Notes under the pieces: model-generated
Databases searched by the model: none
Seen by the model: the letters and a program-made list of their open reading frames with translations, nothing else
Told to the model about the DNA's origin: nothing
Shown here: in pieces, positions 1 to 12,342 of the stretch
Numbering within the stretch: position 1 is the stretch's first letter
Layout: each line of letters begins with the position of its first letter
Translations under genes and position numbers: made by a program
Assembly: GCA_000503875.1 (NCBI GenBank)
Contig: CP006913.1
Coordinates: forward strand, 540,001-572,000
Direction of reading: 5' to 3'
Length of the DNA stretch: 32,000 nt
From: Candidatus Saccharimonadota bacterium
GTDB lineage: Bacteria > Patescibacteriota > Gracilibacteria > Absconditabacterales > Absconditicoccaceae

Positions 1-9
1 TATAAAATT

Positions 10-291
10 TTAATTATCAATAACTGAGTTAACAACAATAGAATTACCTATTTTTTCATGTTTAGCATTATCAAATAATATTTGTGTATCAGTATATTCA
101 CAAACACCAGAAATTGGTTTTAGAGAGTGAAAAACAGTTCAATTATCATATAATGGTGATTCTATATCTTTCAGCTTTCACAAAAACTGGACAATATTTC
201 ATAGTTGTGTCCCCAATGTAACAGTTTCTTGATCACTCAAAGAAATTGCAGCTAATTTCTGTAAACGTAAAAATTCTTCTTTATTAAGCAT
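10..291 (-). CDS. gatC: Asp/Glu-tRNA amidotransferase subunit C (GatC)-like, 93 aa
   Basis: Hand translation with TGA=Gly runs from ATG (complement of 289-291) to TAA (10-12), with 3 in-frame TGA. MLNKEEFLRLQKLAAISLSDQETVTLGTQLGNIVQFLGKLKDIES...NAKHEKIGNSIVVNSVIDN follows the GatC pattern: an N-terminal LAxLxLxxxE helix, then L..I..F...L, then a hydrophobic C-terminal tail. Size is typical for GatC. Confidence 0.7.
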
Positions 292-314
292 ATCTTATAT
301 ATAATAATAAATTA

Positions 315-2861
315 TTAATTAACCTTTATATTAATAGTTCCTTCAACTTCTGGTTTATCACTGTAAGATACTTTTGCTTTGATCGTATATGTTCAAGGAG
401 CATCATATGTTGTAGAAGTACTTATACATTCTCTTCCATTACATTCCAATGTCTTTCCATTTCAAAAGTCCCAATAAATTTTTTCTGGCAATCAGTTAAG
501 GGTTAAACTCATAGGAACTCTATCTCCTATTTTTGCTATCTGCCCAGGATGAGCATCCAAAGTTAAAGTAAGTTGAACCGTTTGTTTTTTTACAATAATA
601 GGATACGATAATACTATTTCTTTTTTCATTCATTTTCTTGTTGTCACTGTTACTTTTGGATTATAAGTTCCATTTTCTTTTGCTTGATCATAATTATAGG
701 TATGATTAACTACTGATTGAGATATATTTTTCTTTATTTCCCCATCTCCAAAATCCCAAGTAAAATAGACTATTTCATCACTTGGATCATTTAGTGTTGT
801 TGTTGAAGCATCCAAAGTAACAGTAAAAGGAGATATTCCCACAGAATCAGGCTTTACCAATAATTTACCAATAATAGCATCTCTATTTACACGAACAACA
901 ATATTTTTTTCTGTTTTAGCATTGGTTGTTGCGTCTTCAATAAGTATTTGTACACGATGCTCTTCTGGCGAGTCAATCGTAAATTCAAATATTTTATTAT
1001 CTGGAGACAATACAGGTACACCATCCAAGCTTACTTTTCTAAGAGCACGAGTATTATTTGGAACAACTGAAATTAAATTTAATTGAAGAACTGTTGGTAT
1101 TTCTGAAATAGTAATTATTTCATCACTAAAGGTATTTATTCCAGATTGTGTAAAAGCAGTGAATTTTGGAGAACCTGGTGATTTATATTGTAAGTCATAT
1201 GTTATTTGAAAATCTGTTGCTCCAACCTCAATATCTTCACTTTCACAAGATCATTTTTTACCCTCATCAGTAATAAATTCTACTTTAAGAGAATACATAC
1301 CAGCTGAAGGGAATTGGTAATCAAAAACTGGTTGTTTTGATTTTGTTGTTGCAAGCGTTTTCTTTCAATCAAGAACCAAATATTGATATTCTACGACACT
1401 AGCGTTAGCTTCCAAAAACTGAACATCAAAAGCATATGCTGTACCCTGAGTATTATTTGCAATAATTTCACAAACAGGAACATCAGACTGTTCTACTCTA
1501 AGTGGAAAAATATAAGCATACGCATTTAATCAAGGAAATCTAACTGAAACAGTATATAGTTTTGCTTGTTTATAAGTATAAGTAAATGTAGACGCATCTT
1601 GTTTATCTGCTTGACCATCACCATCAGCATCCCAAACTATTTTGTAGTCTTGTAAAGAAAAATCTCTAAATACACTTGATGCATCAAATCTGATTTTACT
1701 TGGAACTTTTCCAACAATCATTTCTGTATGAGCATCATTATAAGAAATAGATCATTCAACAGGATTTACTGCAATTTCTGATTCAAAAACCAATGATCAT
1801 GCAGGTATATCTTTTTGAAGTTTTTCTCCCGTTGGTGTATTTGTATAATCAACTTTCAACGTCATAGGATATTCTCCTTTCTTAAAATAGATACAGTTAC
1901 CATCAAACTGAGCAGTAGCCATATTCATAGGTACTGTTTGCCCATTTCCACAGTCCAAAATAACTTGATTAAAAGTGGACTGTCCAAAACTTGGCAAAAC
2001 TTGTCCATTAAAGTAATCAGTATTAAGCGCAAAAGAAATAAGCGAAGGAGCTATTAATTTGATAGTAGAAGTAGATACAAATCATGATCATTTTTCAGAA
2101 TCAAGGACATAGACACCAGTTACTATTAGTCTATTATTGTCTACTATATTATCTACAGAAATTTCTTTAATCATATTCAAAACCTTTGATCACAAAGCTA
2201 TTCATCCAATAAATAATACAAAACCAAAAAATAATCAGATTCAATATCATACTTTAGATTTATTTTTTACACTAACCAATCTATATCCGTTTATAATCAA
2301 CATTCACATAGCCAAGAAGACCAACAAACCAAAGAAAATAACAGAGAAAACTTGTAATAAATTTCTCGTTGTTTCTGGATCTAGACCAACACTAGTAAGT
2401 TGTGCTGGGTTATTAATAAGATAATAAAATATACCTACCAATCAACCAACCAAAACTATAAGTAAAACGAAACATCCTATCAAAAATCCCCTCATAGAAA
2501 GTTTAGATCATTGTGTATTTTGAACAACAGTTGGTTTGTTTATATGATTTGGATTATATCACAAAGCTTCCAAATTTTTGTTGTTTTGTTGATATTGAGC
2601 AGAAATTTGTTGAGCTTGCTGATATACTTGTTGTTTTTGAGCATCAGGCAATTGTGGATTTTGAAGCATCGCAGCCAACTGGTTATATTGTTGTTGTAAC
2701 AATTGTTGTTGCTGAAGTAATTGTTGAATTTGTTGTTGATTTAAAACAGCATCAACCTTTTGAGCAGCTTGTGTTGGTGTTTGTTGCGGAATTTGTTGCT
2801 GTCAAACATTAGCATTTTGCTGGGAATTTTGTCCTGCTTTCTGGAAAAATGGATCAACCAT
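315..2861 (-). CDS. Membrane protein, 848 aa: Gln-rich cytoplasmic N-terminus, three predicted TM helices, at least four extracellular PKD-type repeats
   Basis: Track ORFs 630..1028, 1530..1721 and 1797..1997 share one frame and are separated only by TGA. I read every codon: there is no TAA/TAG between TAA 315-317 and TAG 2907-2909, and the first ATG is at 2859-2861. About 40% Gln over about 90 aa (2560-2840). Hydrophobic helices lie at roughly 2190-2490. PKD signatures: WDADGDGQ (1611-1634), WDFGDGE (738-758), WDFGNG (456-473, where the first Gly is TGA at 462-464). Confidence 0.85.
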
Positions 2862-3004
2862 GGAAAAAAGAGAAATAAGAATAAAAATCCTACGAATGGT
2901 AACAATCTAAAAAAGATTTGCAATGCAAAATCATACAAAAGCACTCACGAAGAACCTTTTAACAAAAAAGTCAAGTCAAATAAACAAAAGGAACCAACCT
3001 ACCA

Positions 3005-3034
3005 TTGTATTTATTATCAAAAAACATATATATT
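3005..3034 (+). promoter_or_regulatory. Weak promoter candidate for the 3037-aa gene
   Basis: TTGTAT (3005-3010), an 18-nt spacer, then TATATT (3029-3034), about 35 nt upstream of ATG 3069. Such matches arise easily by chance in AT-rich DNA. Confidence 0.25.
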
Positions 3035-3068
3035 TTCAATAAGATTTTTTTACGCAGATATCATTGAT

Positions 3069-6000
3069 ATGTCAAAGAAGATCTATCATTACATCAAAAA
3101 ACCTTTTTCAATTAAACAATATATTTGACATTTATGTATCATACTCTTGGTAGGATTAGGATTTTTTTCTATAGTACAAACAATTTTTGCTCAGACACCA
3201 ACTTGATTTTCAGTAACAAACATCAAAAATACAGGTGATTATATCACTACAAAAAATTATGGAACTATTAATTTTTCATGAACAGGAATCCCCTCTCTTT
3301 TTCAACGATCTTGGAATAATGTTTGAAATAATCTTTCAACAATATTTTATGAACCAAAACCAAATGGAAATACAATTTATTTCAACAACTTCGACACTCC
3401 AGAAGTTTTGGAACAAAATCAAGTACCTTTAGCTGATTCGATTAGAGATTTTCCTAACGAAAATTTCACAAACGGTACAATATGAACTGGAAATAATTGA
3501 TGGAGCTATTTGTACAAATATCAAATTCAATCATGAGTAACAACATATATATATCCGTATTATTTTAATAGCGATATTTGTTTTGGAATATATCCACCTG
3601 CAACATCATCAGGAGAAATAGGTACGGATTTTCTTTATCCCACTGATGATATTTCGTGAACGGATTGACGAGAGTGTATACGAATTTGAGATTTTTTACC
3701 AACATATTCATCAGATATTGTATTAGTATCATATATTAGCCAAGGTCCTCACCCTTTAGGTGAGTGGGAATGTACAAGGACCTGTACCTCCATTGAAATA
3801 GAACAAACAAACACACAAAACATATTTAAGATGGTAAATCTGACTTTCAATCAGTGAGAATGAAATTCAGAATGAATGCGAACAATATGAACAGGACCAA
3901 TCACAGATTATAGTTTTGCAAATATAGGAAAAAAATATACCCATCCATGATCTGGTATGCTAGATACTTCATGATACAATAATATCCCAGTCATCCGACA
4001 ACGAACAAGTAATCTAAGTGGAAAAATTAAAATTATAAACAAGATTCAAGATGATGAAAACAATTGTTGAAATGGTATTATTTACAAAATATATACAGGA
4101 ATAATAGAAAATTGAGACACATTAACAGGAGTTAAAAACATAAAAACACATTATCTTCCAAATCTATCAGGCACAACTATAGAACGAAGTTGAAATATAA
4201 GCATAAATGAAAATATTTTCTTTGAAATAAATAATAGTTGAGATAATCAATGTGATGGTACTAGGAATTGGATTCAAATATATGATATTACTGACAATGC
4301 CGAAATAACTGGATGACCAAGTTATACAGAAAACGGAAACTACTGATGAGCATTGAATTTTACAGGAAGTCAACAATATAGTCTGGGTACAGGGATTAAT
4401 CAAAGTACAACAAGTGGAATTACTATAGCAGCGTGGATAAATACAAGAGATAAAAATCAATCACAAGGTATTATTACCAAGAAATTTTCTTATGGAATCG
4501 TTCTAAAACAATGAACCTTGCGAATTTCTCCAAGTACCTATTGGATGCGACATGATACAGGAATTCCTATTGATTCAAACACACGAACACATGTAGCGTG
4601 GACCTACGATGGATCTACTATGCGTGCGTATAAAAATGGTTCACAAATCCGAACGTATAATATAAACTGAGAATTAAACGGAAATGAAAGCGAAGTAATG
4701 ATTGGATATGACGAACTCAATCAACGATGACGAAATGGACAAATAGATGAATTTCGTATGTATGACACCACGTTCACTACAGGACAAATCGAAGAACTTT
4801 ACGAATCAAATCTAAAACTTGTAAATAGCTGAGTAAATTCTTCTTGGAATTTTATCATAAACAAAACAGGCTTAGTTGATGGAAAATATATATATACATG
4901 AATATATGATTGAAAATTAGAATTTTTAAGTACATATTGAGACATAAATAGCCGATATACAACAAATTTTAACGAAATTCCTGTTTGTATAAATTGTGAT
5001 GACGAATATTGTTCTACTTCTAACATAGAAGAATATATATGATATATATCATGATGAATAGAACTATGTAGATCAAATTATAATAATAACGATGATAACG
5101 TACCATTATACAATTTTTATGTATGATGATGAGATCACGAAATAGCTTGAGAATATACATGAATATATGATAATAAATATTCATATATGAATGATGCATT
5201 ATATAATGATATAAATATATGTAACACAGATTGTGAAGACACTGATACTTGTGTATGATCTGTTGATAATTGGACTAATATATGATCATTGCCTATATGT
5301 AAAGCAGGTATACCTTACCAAACATTAACAACAGAGTATTATAATTCATATAAAACAAATAAGTTACCATTTTATAGTACCTGATCAATCCTTGTAGATC
5401 AAAATTGACCAATTTTCATACAAAGAACAGGAGATATTGTTTATGAATCTCAACATCTAATGTTTACAGGAATTTGGTTTGATACAGGAATGAGCTGATA
5501 TATAACAACATGATTTGATCGATGACGATGATGGGATTTGAATTGACCTTGGGATATAGCAACCAATGGAGAAAATAGTATGGATTTTTGAACAGAGAAT
5601 GAACCAATAAATAAACAAATAAGAATAAGAGTAAAAGATCATGTTAGTAATCGATCATATCGAACATGAATGATTTTTCGATTAAATACTTGACCTGTTA
5701 TCAATGACATAAAACATACCTATACATGAATAGTGGAAGATACTATAACATTTATAGCTTCTGGTTATGATATATGAAATGAACCATTAAGATACCAACG
5801 ATATAATTGAACTTGATGTTTTTATAGTTCTCTTATACAAGGAGAAAGTTGATCAACATTTTCAAAAAACAGTCAAACAGAAACCTGAATCTATTTTTCT
5901 TATAAAATAATAGATACTCAATGATTATGATCTTGTTGGAGTATAACAGGACAACGAGAAACACCTGATGTTGATGCAATAGTACCATCAAATAACTCTT

Positions 6001-9000
6001 GATCATATGCTCGACAGACACCAATCACAGGAACTATTATTTTTTCTTGAAATATAGGGACATGTACAGGAGATAATGAATATACTTATTATATAGGTAC
6101 ATGAATAGGTAATGATTATTGTATTGTTCAAAATTGAGAAAATCAAATAGTTCTCTGACGATACGGAGTAAATAAGTATCTTACCTTGTTTTCACAAACA
6201 GGGACAAGAATAAATCCATATCTTATAAACGAAAATATACAACCATTTATTATTGAATTCCAAAATACTAATCTTACATGATTTGCACGATCAGTAAGTG
6301 GAACCAACAATAATAGAAAAGTTGAAAGTCAGATTTATAATTCATGATTAATAGGATTATATAATTTTGATAAAATTTTGCTTACCGATTCCGAAAAAGA
6401 CTTTTCAGCTATTCAATCCGGGAAAAATCGATCATATTGGAGAAGACCAAAAGGTACTGGAATATATGAATTGCTTCAATATTATGCTCCAAGTCAACAA
6501 CGAATTATTAGTACACCTATAGAAGAGTTTGATTGATTATTTATAGAAAAAAATGAATTAAATCCTGGTTATAATTATGGAGACACAATTCTTTGACGAA
6601 CAAGTCCTGTTAATTCTACGATAGAAATTCAATATACATTAACTGATGCCAACACTAGTTGTGGAGATGGAATTCAATATAAATTATTAAAAAACAATAC
6701 TACTACTGTATTAGCAACATGAGCTTTTGAATCAAAATCAGTAATTACACATATAGCTAGTTGAGACACTATATATCTTGTAGTAAATAGTTTAAATAAC
6801 AATGATTGTGATAATACAAATTATAATATTAAAATTTATCAGCTTCCAGAATCAAATCTCGGAACAAAATGAAATTATCAATGAACAAATTCATGAGCTC
6901 TTTATACCAGTGGAAAATATAATGGAGCATTAAGCTTCTCTGAAAATAGTTATATAACTATATGAACTGGTATACAATCAGGACATATGAGTATAAGTGC
7001 TCGAATATATAAATCATCATGAGATCAACAAACAATTATCCAAAAACGATGATCTTATGGAATGGTTATTTTCAATAATACGTTACAAGTAGCAAACCAA
7101 AATACTATTAGACGATATGATACTCAAATTTCATTACCAGATGATACACGAACACATATCGGTCGAAGTTATGATGGAATTACAATGAAAGTATATATAA
7201 ATGGTAAACAACAACGATCAAACACTATCGTAGGTACAATACCAAGCAACAATTATCCTATAAATATAGGATATAGTTTTTCTAATGGACTACGAAATGG
7301 ATTGATTGATGAAATGTATATATATAGCTATGCTGTTGATAGTGGTGTATTTGCATCATTATACAATCATAATCTCAATAGAATAGCTTGGGATAGATGG
7401 CAACGAAAAAGTAATCAAAGTTGATCAATATATGATTGAAGATATTCTTTCGAGACAAAAGTAAATTGAATACCAACAAATACATGAGAAATTATAAGAG
7501 ATTTTTCAGCTCCTCTATTTACAGGCTTTATTGGACTTACTGGACGAGAATCAACATGACTTATAATAACAGGTTTTTCATATGATAGTGGTTATTCTAT
7601 TTCTGGATATCAATTTAGATATAATTTAGAATGATTTCGAAGTGAGCGATCAAATATAAGTACAGGTAATTCTTTTATCATAAATAAACAAGATGAACCA
7701 ATTACATGATTGGTAGAAATAAAAATAAAAGATTTTTTCTGATATGAAACAATAGGAACAGGAATAATAGATCGAATAAATACAGGACCAATTATTGTTT
7801 GAGATAATGAATTTTATGGAAAATTAGGACAAAATATTGCTTTAATAGCTTCTTGATATGACACAAATTGATGACCATTGACCTATAAACGATATACCAA
7901 TAATGACTGTATTATAAGTAATCAGATTCTATGAAAAACTTGAAGTACATTAATAACATGAAGTACAATCACAGGAACTACTTATTTTTCTTATCAAATA
8001 TTTGACAAACAATTATCTGGAACATGTTTCAATATTTCTTGAACACGAACTGAAGATACAATGTTTATAGACAATACAAAATATTTTATTGGAGATGGAA
8101 GTTGATGAATAATAAGCTGAGAAATATTTCCTCAAGGAGTGAAAATCATAGAAAATGCAAAATATTGAGAATGTTTATTAACTGGTAATAAAGAAATTAT
8201 CAATTATATACCTAACACCTGATCAAAAGAAAATGATAGTTGTATCGTAGAATTAATACATGGTATATACACCGTAGCAGCTTTTAAAAACATTAATACA
8301 TGATTCATTTATTCACGAATACCCGAAATAACATGAATAACAAAAGATATTAAAAACATTACTTGGAAATGAATATTACAAACACCAGTTATTTCTTCAT
8401 TTACAGGCACTTGGAAATGAGAAACAGCACAATGATCTGGAATATTAACAAATAATATTAATATAAATACAAATAATTTAATTAGAAAATATAGTTTTGA
8501 TAGAATTGAAATAACTGATTCTACAAAAGATTTTTGATATTTTTCATGAGAACATGGACGAAAATACTTATGGAATAATGGTACAAGTGGTTGAGAATTA
8601 GTATTTAATCCAAGAACAAAAAACCGAATTATAAATGAACCTCTTCAAGATTATGAATATATATTTATAAATAATTGATCAGCATATCCTTGAGCAACAA
8701 AATATGGTGATATTATCTATGAACGAACAAGTAATGTTACAGGAAATATAAATATTGAAACTATGATAGATAATGCAAATACTTCATCATGTCCATCAAG
8801 TGATGGAATTATCTATCAAATCAAAAAAGAAACTACTACGTTATATACCAAGGACTATGAAAATACAAAAACTATTAGCAATGATATACAAACTACAGGG
8901 ACTTCTATAAGTTACGGAGATAAACTATATTTTATTATAAATTCAAAAGAAAATAATCAATGCGATAAGATAGATTTCAATGTGAAAATATATCAGAATG

Positions 9001-12000
9001 AAACAAATGATTATTCACTATCATGACAACATATTATAAGTTATTGAGCAATATCCGATAACGGAAAATTTTATTGATGATACAGTATATGATCAACAAC
9101 TGGACAATATTTAAATATAGGAACTATAAATAAAGGAACAGAATTAACATTTAGTACATGGATAAAAACTGTTTCAACAGCAGATCAAACAATAATCTAT
9201 AAACAATGATCTTATGGTCTTGCAATAAAAGATAATGAATTAAAGGTTACAACTGATTGAGCACGACGATATCCAACAAATGCTCAAACAATAAATACAT
9301 TAACAAATTCATTACGAAATCATCTTGTACGAACATACGATGGAACAACAATGATTATTTATCTAAATGGTAATCAAACACGATCATGAAGAATTGTTGG
9401 TTACTACCCTAGCAATAGCAATCAAACAATTATTGGACGAGATACTAATCATGGACAATTTAATTGATCATTAGATGAATTACAAGTATGGAATAAAACA
9501 CTTAGTAATAGTGAAATTCAAAATCTATATAATACACAACTTTCCAAAATTGACAGCCAAAGTCGAGAATTTTCTTTGATACAAACAGGCTTGGCTGATG
9601 GTAGATATATGTTTACAGGATATATAAATGAAACAGAAATGTTTACAGGAGCGACTATTGTTGATAATGATCCCCCAATACTAGAAGTTGCACCAATATA
9701 TACAGGCGATGAATGAACCGGTATTATAGTAACAATTACATGATCAGATAATGGAATATGAGAAATTTCGTGATATCAATATTCATTATTACTTACTAAT
9801 GGTAATCCATATTCAACACGATCAACAGGACGAATAACATGAAATACTATTCTTATTCCAAGTCAAAATGAACCTATAAGCTGAATATTAACTATTTTAG
9901 CGAAAGATAGTTTATGACATCAAACAGGTACAACTACTATTATACAATGGAATAATGTAAAAATAATACCAACAGATCTAATAAATTCAGGAAATGAAAC
10001 AACTAATTTATCATTTACAGCCTCAGGTTATGATCCTGGTGGAAGCACATCTACAGGATATCAATGGTATCTTTGAAATAATTGTTTAGGCGCAGTTATC
10101 TTATCAGGTAAAACATTTACAACAGGAAGAAACGAACCTACTACAGAAATTTTTTCATATACAATGACAGATAAACAATGATTATCTTGAATTTGTGGTG
10201 TAGCAACTGGTATACGAAAAAATATAACACCAACAGCACAAGATCTTTTCAAAAATGGAAATGGAAATACCGGAATCACATTTATTGCTTCAGGTTATGA
10301 TCCTGGTGGAACACTGTTCTCCGTTGCTTGGTATAGAGGAAATGAATGTATATGAACCCCTATATCAACAAACATTGATTTCACTACAGGAAGCTTCCAA
10401 AGCGGTACACGAGCATTTTCTTATTATCTACGAGATAATCAATGAGCTACATGAACAAATAATTGACGTTTATGTCAAATAGCAACAGGATATCGACCAC
10501 ATATCAATCCTATTGCTCACGATTTTACTATTAATTCAAATACAGCAAACGTAGCATCTACTTCAAATCGAAGACTTTGATCAGAAGCACGAGACTCTGA
10601 ATTTAATTTATCAGTAAATGCAACTATTAGTTCATGATCAAAGGGATATTGCCAACTAAATAATGATTGGATTTCATTTCAACCAAATACAAACCAAATA
10701 GGAACAGGATTCTGTGAACTCAGATTAACTGATAATAACAATGGTATGACATATGTAAAAGCATATGCACTTAATATAGATACTACACCACCACAGACAA
10801 ACAGTTCAGGAACAAACGAAACTACCAAATTAATATATAACGATACATCAACAGGAACTACATATTACAAAATTCTAACAGGTGTTTGGAGCTCTAGTTC
10901 ATGTGGAAATTCATGATACACAACGTATAGTTCATGAACAACAATAACAATACCATATATTTCTGGATTCAATGATAATAAAACACTTTGTTATTATAGT
11001 ATGGATGTACACGGAAATACTGAAACAGCAAAATCCGAATTATTTAATCAAGATACAGCAAAACTAAGTGCAAACGTTTCATCTAATATATATATGAATA
11101 CGTTATTTCAGGCAACAATATCTGTAAATAAAGCATGTTCAGGAACATTAACTGGATTATATGGAGAGCAGCCACTTGTATTTGCTACTGCAGGAACATA
11201 CTCAATAACAGGATCTTTTCTAGAAACAAGCTGACCAAAAACAGCATATATTTTCTTGCAAACAAACAATCCAGAAGAAGGTATATTCTCATATAATAAT
11301 ACATTTACCATAGATCAAATAGCTCCAAATACGCCAATTATCACAGAAAATTTACAATATAACGATTACTATTCTATCAAACGAAGTTCATCAACAGATT
11401 GATGAGCGGGTATGCTTTGATATAATTATCAAATAAGTAATGGAGAAAATATTATAAAAAATTGATTTACTGAAGTAAACTATCTCAACATCTTTAAATC
11501 TGAAGTACAAAACAACAGTCAAATTTCTATCAAAGTACAAGCTCAAGATAAAGTAAATAATACAAGTTCACGATCTACACCTACAACAATTACTATATCA
11601 TCACAACAAACAACGACTATTGATACTACACCAAACCAATTTATATTTACAAAAGTAACAAATGCAAAAAGAGATACAGAATATACTTCAAATGAAATAG
11701 TAATTTGATGATTGAGTACAAATACAAGTATTCCAATAACACTTTCGAATTGAACATTATTTATTAATGACACAAACGTAACTAATTCTGGAACAGTAAA
11801 AAATGGAGATATTGTATATATAAAATTAGATTCAAGTGATACATATAGTGAAACAACTAAAGCAACATTATTGGCAAATAATATAGCAGCAACATATAAT
11901 ATAACAACAGAATCTAAAAATACTTGATCTACAACATCATTCTTAGATGAATTAAAGAAATTATTGGAACAATTAAAAGATGAAGATACAACAGGAACCA

Positions 12001-12182
12001 CAACAAGTACTGGTATTGATACCAAATGGATAAGCGCTCCTTATATAGCTGCAAACGGAAAAACATATAATCTATACAAAACTCTCGATGGTAAATATAG
12101 TGCTTATAATTTTATTTATAAAAAGACATTTAATTCTCTTACAGAATTAAAACAATATATTAACAAAAACAATCCTAGATAA
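3069..12182 (+). CDS. Giant secreted surface protein, 3037 aa: three LamG/concanavalin-A-like lectin domains plus Ig-like and Fn3-like repeats
   Basis: The frame is open from ATG 3069 to TAA 12180-12182. It was read codon by codon and only TGA interrupts it. It joins track ORFs 7062.., 8763.., 11001.. and 11964.., all in the same frame. The N-terminus MSKKIYHYIKKPFSIKQYIGHLCIILLVGLGFFSIVQTIFAQ looks like a Sec signal peptide. It has three LamG domains and four ASGYD Ig-like domains (5757, 7848, 10020, 10287). There is a CYYSMDVHGN motif (10989-11018) and an Fn3-like STDGGAGMLGYNYQI (11391-11435). Confidence 0.85.
4350..4809 (+). other. LamG (Laminin_G_3-like) lectin domain 1 of the 3037-aa protein
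   Basis: ALNFTGSQQYSL...ITIAAWIN...THVAWTYDGSTMRAYKNG...GQIDEFRMYDTTFTTGQIEELY. Confidence 0.75.
6924..7376 (+). other. LamG domain 2
   Basis: GALSFSENSYITI...MSISARIY...THIGRSYDGITMKVYINGK...GLIDEMYIYSYAVDSGVFASLY. Confidence 0.7.
9096..9539 (+). other. LamG domain 3
   Basis: QYLNIGTINKGTELTFSTWIK...NHLVRTYDGTTMIIYLNGN...GSLDELQVWNKTLSNSEIQNLY. Confidence 0.75.
12042..12179 (+). repeat. C-terminal NGKTY module, single copy, at the extreme C-terminus of the 3037-aa protein
   Basis: YIAANGKTYNLYKTLDGKYSAYNFIYKKTFNSLTELKQYINKNNPR followed by the stop. Confidence 0.7.
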
Positions 12183-12263
12183 TCATACTTACCCACCCAA
12201 AGGGAAAACCAAAACATATTAGAACATATTTTCAAAAAAAGACAAGAACGAAAACAGAAAAAA

Positions 12264-12342
12264 GCTTCATCAAAATAGCCAAAAAATAAAAATACTCTAT
12301 AATAGGTATATCTTTTATCTAGTATGGCTTTTTTGATGAAGC
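12264..12342 (+). promoter_or_regulatory. Long-range inverted repeat enclosing the start codon of the 1280-aa gene
   Basis: The left arm gcttcatcaaaatagcca (12264-12281) pairs with the right arm tggcttttttgatgaagc (12325-12342). That gives 12 bp, one T:T mismatch, then 5 bp, with a 43-nt AT-rich loop. The ATG is at 12324-12326, so its T and G and the next five codons lie in the stem. A TATAAT at 12298-12303 sits inside the loop. Confidence 0.5.

Larger units (their letters stand above)
5480..9539 (+). repeat. Two diverged tandem super-repeats (about 2.2-2.6 kb each) inside the 3037-aa gene, with a partial third copy at about 3960-4809
   Basis: The same module order recurs. An Fn3-like SGY domain is followed by an ASGYD Ig-like domain (GCT TCT GGT TAT GAT at 5757; GCT TCT TGA TAT GAC at 7848). 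Next comes a YNFDKILLTDSEKDF / YSFDRIEITDSTKDF segment. Then comes a beta-sandwich ending NNxCD..I.IY (Cys-Asp codons at 4251, 6807, 8961), and finally LamG. Confidence 0.7.

Noticed and set aside
2511-2812. Plus-strand track ORFs (62 and 99 aa) over the CAA-rich region.
   Set aside because: They are antisense shadows of the Gln-rich N-terminus of the PKD membrane protein.
2760-3068. N-terminal extension of the 3037-aa protein (the track ORF 2760..3128 is in the same frame).
   Set aside because: The extension would overlap the divergent PKD gene start and has no internal ATG. The signal-peptide-like n-region and h-region begin right after ATG 3069.
10255-10482. 75-aa plus-strand track ORF.
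   Set aside because: It is off-frame relative to the continuous giant ORF. The in-frame translation gives a second ASGYDPGG domain.
11543-12025. 160-aa track ORF on the minus strand (Val/Ser/Asn-rich).
   Set aside because: It is antisense to the open frame of the 3037-aa gene, is low-complexity, and has no start or stop logic under code 25. It is a shadow ORF.
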